Assembly (NCBI RefSeq): GCF_024521635.1
Contig: NW_026250405.1
Span: 1,116,001 to 1,180,000 of the forward strand
DNA length: 64,000 nucleotides
Direction: 5' to 3'
Origin: Tricharina praecox
Lineage: Eukaryota
Below are positions 1 to 12,177 of the stretch, in pieces. The notes below the pieces were generated by a model that was not told where the DNA came from, did not search any database, and was given only the letters and a program-made list of their open reading frames with translations. The number at the start of each line of letters is the position of its first letter. Within the stretch, counting starts at the first letter, position 1. Position numbers and translations under genes: made by a program.

Positions 1-1
1 G

Positions 2-691
2 ATTGCCACTCTGTAGGGGCATGCTCGCAGGTCTTCGCGTCTCTCCTATGCTCCTGTTCATCCCGGCGTCGGGTTTTGATGACGCCTTCCTTAGCATTAT
101 CGCAAGGGTGGGACTGGTAGGGCGATGCTTGTGCAAACTGGTTGATTTTCGGACGCGATTAGATAACCCATCCGATGGAGTGTCTTCAAGGCTCGACCTT
201 GAAGATTGCTGTGAAGGGAGCTCTGGTAGAGGCTTTGACGTCCGGTCAAGAGATTGTGTTCGTTGTGTTTTTGGTGAAGAAGTGACGTTCGCTTGAGGTG
301 TGTGTTGTGGCGGTTCTGAGGAAAGACCGCTCTCTGGTGCATCAGATAGCGTCGATTTGGGCGGCACTGGCATGAGCCCGACCAGCGGTGCCGAGCGATT
401 ACTGTGTAGAAAGACTGGTGGTTGGTATACCGGCATCCCGTAGAACCCGCAATGAGTGAGAGGTCTCTGTCGTCGTTCCGACGATGGGCGGGGAATGGGA
501 CTCGAGGGAGGATGAACTTCTGGAACGCGCGGAAGTTTTGCGGTGGCCGGCGGCGGCAGTGGCGACGGTGACAGTGATTGATTCTGCGACCGATAGTTAG
601 GTATCTCGGCTCCTTTCCAACCCAACAGCCACGACCATGTCCGCCTCCGAGCGGGCGAGTCATCGTCTGGAGGCGTTCGTAGTGACGCCAT
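2..691 (-). CDS. Partial gene for a Ser/Pro/Thr-rich, probably disordered hypothetical protein; runs off the left edge
   Basis: Manual translation gives a stop-free minus frame from 727 to 2, first ATG at 691 (MASLRTPPDDDSPARRRTWSWLLGW...SPSPLPPPATAKLPRVPEVHPPSSPIPRPSS...). It is missing from the ORF track because its stop lies outside the window. Additional upstream exons cannot be excluded. Confidence 0.55.
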   Translation of the reverse strand, partial: MASLRTPPDDDSPARRRTWSWLLGWKGAEIPNYRSQNQSLSPSPLPPPATAKLPRVPEVHPPSSPIPRPSSERRQRPLTHCGFYGMPVYQPPVFLHSNRSAPLVGLMPVPPKSTLSDAPESGLSSEPPQHTPQANVTSSPKTQRTQSLDRTSKPLPELPSQQSSRSSLEDTPSDGLSNRVRKSTSLHKHRPTSPTLAIMLRKASSKPDAGMNRSIGETRRPASMPLQSGN

Positions 692-2208
692 GCATTGAAA
701 TGGACGAATCCTCAGGTGTATCGTCTGTCAACAGAGAACGAAAAGAGGAGACGATTGCACCGGTTCTTTAATATGAATTATCAGCGACTGCAGGTCGCCG
801 TGCCCCGGCCGTTTTTGTGGCGGATATATTGATGTTCCTGCATACGGCAGCGCGCCAGGTAGTACCTGCATCCGAAGCCGAGGCCAGCCATCATCCCCAC
901 CTGCCAAATCATAGTAGCCGATCGAAGGGTTCGGTCGCCAAACGTCGTAGCGTGGGCTATATGACTATTGTATTCTGCGCGATGCGGAAGTCGCCATGGG
1001 TGCGGAGATCATAGTGCGGCGTCCGGTCCCGGTTGAGTCGTTATTCTGGAAGGGAGAAAGGGTCAGGCTGTGCGCGTCTTTTGTCTCGTCAGGCGTTGCC
1101 GCAACCGTAAGAACTAATGGGGGCGGCTGGCTAATGTTCCGAAATTCGAATGTCGGTAGTGGTGGTTCGACCGGGATGACGGCATCTAAATTTAGCCTAT
1201 GTTTATAGATTGCATTGGCCGTTACAATTTACTGGTACTTCTGGGCAGTCGACGTAGAATCGGTGAAACGTACTTGGCTGTTCAATGAAACCTGGAGAGC
1301 CGCTTTGTACTAGGTATTCATGTCGCCTACAAGCACTCGTAAGCCGTTGAGAATGATGAAACATAAAACAACAAAAACAAAGCGGAAGTCACCTTTAGGA
1401 CCGATAATATGATGGAAAGGACCACAAAACATAGCTGGATACGAATTCCCAAAGATAATCCTCCCGCCGGAACAACCATGACCATGTGTCATGCCGCCGA
1501 ACATCAATAAATAATCCCTTCCACCCTTAGGTTGCACCTTCTCCGTCAACATCTCCATAATCATGCCGTAGCCTTTCCGCTTTGCGGATGATGGCGACGT
1601 CTGACTAATTTTGTTGACAGGGCTCCGAGTCAAATCTTCCGGCATCACGAGCATTGCCGCCTGATCTTCTAAGCTTCACCTTGCAGCACTCGAGAGGACC
1701 GTATTACCGTCGCTTCACATTCAGAGCTGCTCTGTCGAGGAGAAGCTTCAGGACCTCGTTGTGCCTCTTCCGACTAGTGTCGATGCTTGTCGGCCGGAAC
1801 AAATAAAGACGGTTAAAGCATTAGCGAACTGAGATAGGTAATACGACGGGGTGTTGATGTCGATACCGTGGTAGGCGAGTAACAACCTGATCACCTCGAC
1901 AAAGCTAGAGCCTAGGCATAGATCCGAGTAAGTCAGGGCCGCATCTAAGCTACAGTTTTTTGGATGTTGCCGTTGGTTTCCCAAGGGATCAGCACTGACC
2001 GGACTGTCTCCGTGTGACCATAATATATAAACCAGCTCAGAGGAGTATCTTGTATGTCGTCTCACGAGTTGACAATCACATAATGGCGAACAACAACAAG
2101 CTTCTCAATCGCCGGCGATGACTCCCAACAGTGAAAGACAGAGGCGTACTGTTAAGGTTCCGACGGCCGAGTGATCGGCAGTGGAACGCCGGAGCGGCGG
2201 CGGATAGC

Positions 2209-2268
2209 AGAGCCTAGATGTGGATTCGGCATCAAGAGCCTAGATTTGGAATCGGCACCAAGAGTCTA
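2209..2268. repeat. 26-bp imperfect tandem repeat, about 2.3 copies
   Basis: AGAGCCTAGATGTGGATTCGGCATCA / AGAGCCTAGATTTGGAATCGGCACCA / AGAGTCTA. Confidence 0.85.
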
Positions 2269-2380
2269 CTTTAGTCGGTATCTAAGTTTTCACTGTCAAT
2301 ATAACACACTGTCCTTTCCATAGTATCAATCTATTCACATTCGCATCAACGCGTACGACCCTTCTCATCCCTGCGGTTAG

Positions 2381-2524
2381 CCTCGATTCCCGGTTGGCCT
2401 CGATTCCCGGTTGGCCTCGATTCCCGGTTGGCCTCGATTCCCGGTTGGCCCGATTCCCGGTTGGCCTCGATTCCCGGTTGGCCTCGATTCCCGGTTGGCC
2501 TCGATTCCCGGTTGGCCCGATTCC
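2381..2524. repeat. 17-bp minisatellite CCTCGATTCCCGGTTGG, about 8.5 copies
   Basis: Units start at 2381, 2398, 2415, 2432, 2449 (16-bp variant), 2465, 2482, 2499 and 2516 (partial 16-bp variant); no spacers. Confidence 0.95.
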
Positions 2525-4562
2525 AGGTCAGCTCGATATCATCGCTGAAATGCCCAGGAGGAATACATTCTGTGAACTTGCTGGTACTGGCGGAATACCC
2601 AACCGTTCCGGATCCCTAGTGATTACGAACCGAGCAACTTCTTCGGTCGCTAGTGGCGGCGCGAGTAGCTCAGCGGCGACTGCGTACCGGATCCGAGCAT
2701 TCTTCCAGGGCCTCGAGTACCACCGTTACTCTTCACGGGAATTCTTGGAAAATCCTGACAAAGATATCCCGAAGAGTTGTGAAGTTTGTCCTTCCCCAAT
2801 CGGAAAACCAGCGTTTTTACTGATTGTTATCTCTCTGATCGCCATTAATTGCCTTCGAAGGCCTTAGCTCTGTTGGGTAACCAGACCGGGAGGTTGCAGT
2901 GCAAAATAAGTCAGCTCTTCCGGCTGGGACGTCTTCGTCGCCGTCCCTGAAGGAGAAGTACAGACATTTTTCCTCTGCTACTTTCCGTAAATCATTCCCG
3001 AGCTACAGCCTACGGAAATGGCTACAAGAACAGATTCCAGCACATGTAGCCACTATTATTCCGTGTAGATGCCACTGTAGGAAAGCGACAGAGCTGAACT
3101 GGGTTTCCGGCAGCCTACATATTTTGCGGTCCGGTACCCGCCCCCCGGTTTCCATTACTGATATCCCCGAGCATCGAGAAACTACTCGCATGTATCTTGA
3201 ATCCGGCGGGTTTGTTCTTGAGAATTCCTCGTTTGGGTTCTGGAGGTCAAGCCACTACGAATTTGACCATCATGCTCAGAAAGGGTTCAGTACCGTAGTA
3301 ATCTACTGCTGATGCAGAAAAGAAGAGGGGACTCGCGGTCCTGCCTTTCTGGTAAAGCTGCTATAGTCTCGGTACTTTTACACACTTCTTCGGCGTGTAA
3401 ATCTGGGGATTACTTGCTTGTGATATGTCGGTGAGGTGCAGGAGAGGGTGCCGTTTGGTATTTTCTCAAAAGAAACCGTTTTGGCTTTCAATTCGCTAGC
3501 GGCGGAGGAAGTTTCCTATAGCCTCTTCAGGATCTCCTTCACAGTTTGTCAGTTAAAGGCGTAAATTCGGGTTGTGTGATGCGAAGAACGTTCGTGAATT
3601 GGAGTGACAGCGGGCTACTACCTGGTACGACACTGACTTCGCCCCGATTGACGCTCGCCTCGACTAGCCGCTACAGGGAGCATGATTGGCGGTCGCCATC
3701 ATGGGATTAGTTTTGAGAACTGGTGGCCGGCCCCCGGGACAGTACGCGAAACACGGGTGATGGTGACTTACTGATGTACGTGGGACTGATACATACTCGT
3801 AAGAAGTGGGGTGAAAGAAGGTTGTTTTCTCTTACTCTCGCGGTAGTTGATATGGTGCCCCTCTCATCGCTCACCACCCAATTCCTATATATGGGTTAGC
3901 CGAATTGCGAGTGGCTTCACCGAAGAGATCACGCCTTTGAAAATAGCCGCGTAAGCTTCACTGGAATTCCTATGCAATGGGGGGTTGGTTACCCACTGGA
4001 ACGGATAACTGTTTCCAAGTGCGCCAGCTTTAATGGTGATTATTATAATTGCTGCGTACAGCTTGGGATGCGTATTTTCCAATTCATCGGCGAGAATGAC
4101 TGTGGTTGATCTGGCTAGAGCTTCATCATCCGAAAGCACTCCGCGTGTTCGGCCCGAAGACTTCGCAAGTCGGCAGTGATGATTGTCGACTAATGCCTCC
4201 AAGGCCTCAACGCGAATGTGAAAGATCTTCGTGTTCTCGTATAAATACCGGAAGATATGTATAGAGGGCCTCTGGATGTCAGGCTAGCATCTTACTGGCA
4301 GAGAGAACGAATGTCAGGGAATCTCTGGAAGCGACGAAACAAATGGGCGGAGGCTCTTCCATTGCCGAGTACGTACGAGGAAATCGGGGGAGTTCTGTTC
4401 GCGCTAGGGCTACCAAGCGAGGGTGCTCGCTGAGCCGGTTTTGCAGACCGCTCTTTTGCCAACACCCCTCCAGGCCGAAGGCAGGATCGAGAGGAGAGTG
4501 CACACAGAAGAAAAAGGGGATATAGAGGTTGACCGTCAATTCGGTAGATGATGCTCGAGATA

Positions 4563-4601
4563 GAAGAAGAAGAAGAAGAAGAAGAAGAAGAAGAAGAAGA
4601 A
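4563..4601. repeat. (GAA)13 microsatellite
   Basis: Perfect trinucleotide run read directly. Confidence 0.97.
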
Positions 4602-7600
4602 GACGACCCCGCAATGGCCGCCAACTTTGATTTCCGCCAACGTTGATTCCCACTACTGACCGCATTGGTTTTCGCCCGCCGACAGGTCCTCCTCTCGCTC
4701 CGCCACACCGGTATGATGCAAAACCAATCGTATCCTGATAGATTACGGTGCGCCGGTAGCACTGCCTACACTAAGCAGGTAAACTGGATTTATGGGAAAC
4801 CTGCGTCGCAGAACGGTCGGGATATCTGCCACGCCAGATGCGATACGGAGGGACACCGCGGGGTGTGGGAGAGTTATTATACCCGAACAAGAGATCTTCC
4901 CGCAATGGTGCTCCGGGAAAAGAAAAGGGACAGCGAAGGATCGCGCACAGGAGTGATACGCCGGGCAGAAAATACCATACATACGATAGCTCTGCTAGAT
5001 AAGTTTGCGATCGCGTCGGAAGCGCGGAACCGTATTCCACGTCAATCAGTACTGGCCTGCACGACGCGTGGTGGCGAAGAACGTGAGGGTAGGGTTATTG
5101 TCGGTGTCATCCTACGAGGGGATGGTCTCGAGGGCATGCTTTGCGGGAACGAATGAACTCCGGATCGAGCAGGACAAGCGCGACACCCTTGCACGCAAAT
5201 GGCAACCAGGATGTTCCGAGTGCTGTGATGGAACATTCCTAATGTGGGTTCATTGTGGTTAAAGATTCCTGGGTGTGGAGGGGTATGGGGAAGAAGTACT
5301 CAGGTGATGGCTTGCGGGTGTCTGCAATTCGCGCTGCCCCTGGTGTGGTTCGCCGGCTCTGGTGTTGAGCGTGTGGCGTTGTGAATTGAACCGTTGTTGC
5401 AGCGACAATTGCACGGGAATCAAATCAATGGTGAGTACGATCGAAAAATCTCCAGATTTGGTAGTCGCTGGGCTGTGCCGTTTTGACGTCCGCCACACTT
5501 TGCCGTGGACCTCACAGGCCATGGGCCTACTAGATGCCGATATTCTCTGCAGCTGCGAAAGGAGATGGACGCATGGTGATGCCTCTCCCTATGAGGAGGT
5601 TGATGCCGCTTGCCAGAGCGTGCTGAAACCGAGGGAACCGAGTAGTATGCAGGCACTGCTGATATACGTACAGGTTAGGCCACCAGGTTCGTCACTCGTG
5701 AGTCGTGATCCTAGGAAAGAAAGTAATCCATCGTAGCCGCACGGCTAGATTTTAAATGCATGGCGATAAACCAGAACAAAGTTGGATAGCTGCCTGAGGA
5801 CATGTGTGTGATGGAGTTCGCTAATTCTGCGCACAAATGTGGGTGCTTGTGAGAAACGACCCACCAGTAGTATTAGCCCTGTGAAAAATGGAGAACTGAA
5901 TCGTGAGTTTCGACGTGTGTTTCGTATTGGCCTGTGTGCCGCGTGCTGCTTCATCTGTTGCGGGCGAACAAATGATTCTGAGGAGGATATTGCAGATGTA
6001 TTATTATATAGACCTCTTGACGACTTCGCTTGAAAATTTCGCCCTGGCTCTGTACGGAAGCGCCCCCTGCTGCAAATTGAAAACCTCACCTAATAGGCGG
6101 AAGCCTCGTCTCCGTGCGATCGAGGGATAGTCGGGTTACCTTGAGGCTTGATGGGTGAATCTGTGGATAAGTATGTAGGTTTAAGGAGTGCTGATGTTGC
6201 GCTGTGGGTCCTGGTTTTCGGCGGTACTATTACTCTCGAGGGAGAGCAACTGTGCTGTGGGATACTGAGTTTCGTACCTATTGGTTCCATCGTGGCACGG
6301 CGTTCGCTTACAAGTTACATGTGGTATTCCGAACGAAGATTATGTTGTAGCCGGCGGCAGATGGAAACGACGAGACCACCGCGCCCTACGAAGTACGCAT
6401 CGTTCATCAGGATAAGATGATGATGACTGAACAGGACTCTCGGCGATAGCTAAGCCAAAGTTGCCGACGAGCTGTATATTTAGTTCGGTAGCTCTGACTG
6501 GACAGGTGACCTAACTGTCTGAAAAGCTGGGTTGCGCGAGGAGCAATAATTGCGTGTGACTGAACTGCAATTACGTGTCGTTCTGGTGTCGCTTCGGGGT
6601 AGTGGACGGAGCCGTGACTGAGCCGAGGTGAGCTGCATTGGCCTGCAGAAATTGTATTACTTCGATCTGTGGGAATATGAGGGACCATGAAATCTAGTAC
6701 CGTTGGGGTTTCGATGGACGTTGAAACTCCGGCTCTGCACTGCTTGTACCAAGCGAATGCGAATCAAGCTGTATCGAATTTGTGGGAACGAGTGTGTTCC
6801 TGTGAGTAGTCCACTAGCCGTTCGGAGGACCGGTGGTGGGGTTTGGAATATTCGGTGCGGTAGCGGGTCCAAGTTTGGTTTTCTTTCTCTCTCAATTTCT
6901 CTCTCTTACACCTGTAGCTCGTAGACGCGAATATACCACTCCACTCCTCTCCATCTCGATCTTTCCAGTGAATCACCCCCACGAGTCCTTCCAGCAGAAC
7001 TGTCCGGACAGTTAACTGAGCTAGTAAACAGCTGTTGGTTAACAGTTCCACCGCAAGGGGCTGACTGAGTGATCGAACTTGTCCCGCTACCGAGACGTAG
7101 CTGCTTTGCTTTTCATATGTGTATGATCTTCTAGTGACCAAACACGGTCTCCCGCTCCGTGTGCTGCCGCTTGTAATCATTAAGAGCGTTCTACAGTCGT
7201 TGCTTATCACAAGTAATCAGCGTTATGCACGGTGAACATCGTTACACGATTGTGTGCCGCTGGCCGCCGAGCCGGCCGGCACCTGCAATGGGGATTAGCA
7301 TGAATCTAGCACGAAAGGGAGAGCTTACGCCGAATACTGGTTGAAGTCTGTCGGCTGCGCGGTGTCTCGGAGTAGAATCTGCGAAGCGTGGGTTCACCGT
7401 TATTTCGTCCTCAAAGCTAATTACACAGCATTAATGATTAGTTATTAGTTATCAGTGATGCTCCCACCAATAGCGAGAGGCGCGGCCAGGCTGGGGCTAT
7501 ATCCCTTTCGGCTTGGGGTTGGATATGATTAATTCAGGAGGATGTGTCGGCATCGATTGTCATCGCTGAGCTGATGCTCAAAGCTGGCAATGGAACTGCA

Positions 7601-7618
7601 GCTCGAGCATCGCCCGGA

Positions 7619-7625
7619 TATATAA
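7619..7625 (+). promoter_or_regulatory. Putative TATA box of the adenylation-domain gene
   Basis: TATATAA about 55 nt upstream of ATG 7681. Confidence 0.55.
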
Positions 7626-7680
7626 GAGCCAGCCTGTGCCTCTGCTAGGTGTAGTGCAACTCGCAACCAAACGAAGCACA

Positions 7681-9544
7681 ATGACACACCTTCTCTCGCA
7701 TTTGACGGTTCTTCAAGCGGCTTCTCACAAATACCCTTTTGCAATCGCTTTCCAGATAGCCCGGGGAACCCCCTCTACCCCCGAGTCGATCTCATGGGAG
7801 CCGATTTCTTATCAGAGATTTCAGCAGGATGTTGAGATTGCCGCTCGCTATTGGTCTCACAAGCTGTCGGCTGATGGTGCAATTCCGCGGGATGTAGTTG
7901 GTCTCTGGTCAGTGTTCGCGCCAAAATAACGCCGATGAATATATGCAGTATTGCCGCGATTGACTGCTGACTGTTTGCCTAAAGGCTGACAGGGCTGCAC
8001 TACAACGATGTCGTCACCATATATGGCGTGTCTCGTGCCGGATACGTTCCACAGCTACTAAGCCTACGCTTGACGTGTCTGAAAGTAGTATTCGACCTGT
8101 TGCGAGCAGCGGGGGCAAGAGCCCTAGTGATCGATCCCGCGTATTCTCTTGACGCTGCCGAGAATGTGCTGTCTTTACCTATTCACCGTTCTTTGGCAGT
8201 CCAATCGATGGACGAGGATAGCCTCGCACCGCTTGCCCCGCTTCCGGTACCAGACTCCAGGGACGAGACAGTTATGATATTTCATACCAGCGGCTCGACG
8301 GCGGGAAGCCCCAAGCTAGTCTTGTGTTCGGCTGCGTGGATTGACAGTGTCGTCTTCAAGTCACACGAGGCGTGCGCCCCGGTTGATCCAAATCGGCAGG
8401 ATGTGGGCACCTGGATGTGAGCCCCTCTGTCACTCATAACAAAATTTGTCGAATTTATGATCCTGATGGTGAAATCACGTTCAGCGGCAGCATGTGCCAC
8501 ATCGCCCAGAATTTCGTCCTCGTCGGCTCAATGGGGCACGGGTCCTGTGTGATCCAGCCGATGGAGCTCGCTTTCGGCGCCTCGGAGTTGATGATGATGG
8601 TCACTCACTGCCGTTTGAATCGTCTCCATATGTTTGCCACCGCTCTAAGTGGCCATATCAGAAATTCGAGAAGCGATAAGAATCTGTTGGCATGTCTCAA
8701 GCAGCTGGATACTTTGATGTATACCGGACTCCCGCTGGCTGTGGAGGAGCAGCGTTTTGCATACGAAGCAAAAATGAAACTACTTGTCAGTTTTCATCGA
8801 CTTAGGACATTGGTACCCCCTCTAACGAATCTGCAGAACATCTTCGGTAGCACTGAATGCAATGGTATGCTGATCTCCCGCCGCTCCGGTCCGGGTGCCC
8901 ACATTCTCCGACCGCTTGCGGGAGTCGAGTACCGTTTCCAACACATCGAAAGCGGTGATGCCAAAGAGTGCCTTCAGGAGCTCGTCGTCTGCAAGTCCTC
9001 TCCCGATTGCCCATCGCCGGCTCTCGGTCGCAACCCATCATCTGGCGACTTCCACACAGGGGATCTGTTCACCGAGACGGAGTCTGGCCATTACATCTTC
9101 CGCGGGCGCGCTGACGACTGGATCAAGACATGTAACGGGCTCCGCTGCGATGCAGGTGCCATTGAAGAGAACATTCTTTCCGCGTGCAAGGGGCTTGTCA
9201 GCGCTTGTGTGGTGGTGGGGTGGGGACGGCCGAACCCAGCGGTGTTTGTTGAACCAGATGGCAATACGGATATGACCAACGACGACTTGAGGAATGTGAT
9301 CGTAAGCAGGACCCGTGACTTTCATGTCCGCAGATATATGCATGAGCGTATCGACAGCCCGGAGTTCGTCGTGGTCGTTCAACCTGGGAGGTTGCCGAGA
9401 ACCGCGGTGAGTTTTCTTTACTGGATCCGAGGAAGGCCGGGTCCTTTTGCTGACGGGCGAGTACAGACGAAAGGGAATTTGCAGAGAAAGATGGTGGAGC
9501 TGGAGTATAAGGAGTTGTTGGATGAAGTATATGGCGTGCATTAG
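7681..9544 (+). CDS. Stand-alone adenylate-forming enzyme (ANL superfamily; acyl-CoA synthetase-like / NRPS-like A domain), about 535 aa, 5 exons
   Basis: Exons 7681-7907, 7985-8416, 8485-8785, 8837-9406, 9467-9544 total 1608 nt in frame. Introns: GTCAGT..GCTGAC..AAG, GTGAGC..CAG, GTCAGT..CTAAC..CAG, GTGAGT..GCTGAC..CAG. Motifs: FHTSGSTAGSPK, FGSTE, FHTGDLF, FRGRADDWIK, LPRTATKGNLQRK. Confidence 0.92.
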
Positions 9545-10329
9545 TTTCTATGTCATGCACTTTGTAATCTTGAGCTCCGATGATTGGAAACATGACGGTG
9601 TAGAATCGAGCGACGCTCTTCCCGTGCACCTGAGTGAAGCTGTTGTAGAACTCGGTGATGCGGTGGTGGTGGATGTGCAAGGCCCAAGGGGAGGTGTATT
9701 TGGCGGAGACGTTGGTGATGGATTCGGAGCTGCGAGCGTAGGCAAAGAACCGTCTGGTATCAATTTCGCAAACCGCCTTCGGATGTTAGGAATCTGTGAA
9801 AGAAAGCCATAGCAGGACCGCTCTGTATCTCGCAGTACTGACCATTACGCTGCTGAACCACTCAATTTATCCTGCCAACCGCGCCTGCAGCCACTAATCA
9901 TAAGTGGAGCAGGGCGAGTTGACGATAGCTGTACCAGTTTGCACCGAGGGGTACTGATCACTACACTGTACCATCAGCATATGGCCTCGCTCCAGCCCAT
10001 CGCCCACGGCTACTGCCTCTACGCTTCAATATGGTCAGCAGCAAGACGCCGATAACAGTACCGCTCTGTAACGTGCAGCACTGATGGTTTTGCAGCTGTA
10101 CCACCCATCAGGAAAAATATTTCTCTGTCAACGTAGTCGGCTGTGTGTATAATATTTGCTACGTTCGGCGCGTCGAGTGAGTTGGGAGGGTATGAACGGA
10201 CCCACGCCACCATATTCCCTGGGAACGACGTTAGCTGGGGTGTTTGAACGTTCGTTGGAACGCTGTTGGTCAAAACATACCCAGAAATCAGTGATTTTTG
10301 TGGTATTTATTGCTAGCATGTGGCCTACC

Positions 10330-11930
10330 TGGACAATGGTAGTATCTACACCCCATCTGCTCCCACAACTCTCCCCCAGCCTCGCCCCTGACCGGCCTGT
10401 TCCCAAAACTCTTCCCCTGCCTCGCCCTTGACTGGCCCGTTCCCGCAATTCGTCCCCAGCCTCGCCTTGCTCTCACAACTCTTCCCCAGCATCACTCTTC
10501 CCCAGCATCGCCCTCGACCGCCCGTTCCCTGGGCTCTTCCGCGCCCTCGCCGTGCTCCCTGTATTCTTCGCTGGTCTCGCTCTTGACTGAACCATTCCCT
10601 CAATTCTTCCCCACACTTGACTTGCTCTCTGGGATCTTCCGAGGCCTTGCCTTGCTCCCTGGGCTCTCCCGCGGCCTTGAAATGTTCCGACAACGCTTCT
10701 GGGGCCTTGACTCTTCCGGGGCATTAACCCTTCCACTCCATGGAGTAGGCCACTCTGTCAACTGTTCCGGGGCCTTGACTTGGCTGCGCCCACGACTCTA
10801 CCAAGACCTTGACCCTTCCGGAGCCTCGAAGCTTCCGCTCCCTTGAATCCACCACGCCCTCGGCACTTCCGCGCCCTTGACCGGCCACTCCTTCAACTCT
10901 TCCGTACTCGCAGAACTCTTCCGTGCCGTGATCTTTTCCGGCGCCGTGATCTCTTCTGTGCTGATAACTCGCCGGCACCGTCAACCCGTCGGTAGCATCA
11001 ACTCTTCCGTACTCCCTCAAGCTTTCAGTACTCCCTCGACTCTTCCGCTCCCTCGACTCTTCCGGGCCGTCAACTCGTCGGTGCCGAGAGCTCGACCGTT
11101 CCGTGCTGTCGTCGTCGGTGCTGTCGCCGACGGTGCCGTACTTGTCGTTGCCGTCAACGTTTCCACTCCCTCACTCTTCCACGCAGTCGTTTCATCGGTG
11201 CCGTCAACTCTTCCGTGCTCCCTCACACTCCTTTGCTCCCACGGCTCTTCCGCTCTTTGACTCTTCCACCACCTCAACTCTTCCGCTCCATCAGGTCTTC
11301 CGCTCCATTAGCTCGTCTGTGCCGTCAACTGATCCGCGCCATCACCTGTTTGCCGCCCTTACCCTTGACTTGCCCTCTCCCTTGACTCATTAGGGGCCAT
11401 GACTCTTCCGCTCCCTTGATCTCGACTGTGACTTCTCCATCAACTCTTCCGTGCTTCCACAACTCTCCCGTGCCGTCAACTCTTCCATGCCGTCAACAAG
11501 CTGCCTCAACCCTTCCTTTCCTTGACTCTTTTGCACCTTGACGTCCTCCCTCGACTCTTCCGCCCCCTTGACTAGGCCAGTCCCCCAACTTTTCCAGGGC
11601 CTTGAATCTTCCGGGATCTCTACCCTTCCGTTCCTTGACTAGGTCGCGGCATCGAACTCCTCCCTCAACGCTTCCGCGCCCTTGGGTGAGTCAGGGTACT
11701 GCCGCAACAGTTCCCAGGCCTTGACCCTTCCGGGTCCTTGACTCTTCCTTGCCCTGGTGTTGCTCCCTCGCGTCACCCGTTCCCACAACTCCTCAGCGTC
11801 AGGATGAACTGGCCGCTCCCCCAGCTCATTCGTGCCGTCAACTAATCCATGCCGTCGACTCGCCTGTGCCATCAACTCATCGTTGAAGTCAAATCTTCGG
11901 TGCCGTCAACTCTTCGACACCGGCCCGCGA
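10330..11930. repeat. Pyrimidine-rich cryptic (degenerate) repeat region
   Basis: Many shuffled copies of CTCTTCCG, CCTTGAC, GCCGTCAACTC and CCTCGCC; strong C/T strand bias; only short ORFs. Confidence 0.8.
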
Positions 11931-12177
11931 GATCACTCTGGTGTAATAATTGCTGTGGGGTAATAGGTTTTCTGGGGTAATAGTTACTCTGGGGTGATAG
12001 TTGCTCTGATATGATTGGTGAGAGAGGAATATGGTTCTCGACACATGTCGATAGTTGGCTGTTAACCTTTGGACGCGCCATGCTGACATCACCCAGCACC
12101 ATGAATACCCCGCTGGCAGCACCGCGAATGCGTTCTCACTCTACTCCTCCTCACCCTGCCCGGCCCGACTGAACAGA

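Larger units (their letters stand above)
1530..4250 (-). pseudogene. Decayed NACHT + ankyrin-repeat (fungal NLR-like) gene
   Basis: Minus-strand motif relics in the expected order: FLQW-HLHG then frameshifted Walker A AG-(K)SVL (about 3026-3080); LYFSFRDGDED (2931-2963); Walker B RVTVVLEALEECSD (about 2690-2732); RFVITRDP and DDIE; then ankyrin relics GHTETVRSVL (1990-2019), VEVIRLLLAYHGIDIN (1853-1900), HNEVLKLLLDR (1731-1763), DGNTVLSSAAR, KGYGMIMEMLTEK. Many stops and frameshifts. The N-terminal extent (3300-4250) is uncertain. Confidence 0.7.

Noticed and set aside
2381..2524. CRISPR-like array
   Set aside because: Units are contiguous with no unique spacers, there are no cas genes, and the context is eukaryotic.
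4279..7210. Short ORFs, including poly-Leu/poly-Ser frames, as genes
   Set aside because: The homopolymeric tracts come from the (GAA)13 repeat; I could not build a consistent exon chain or recognise a domain.
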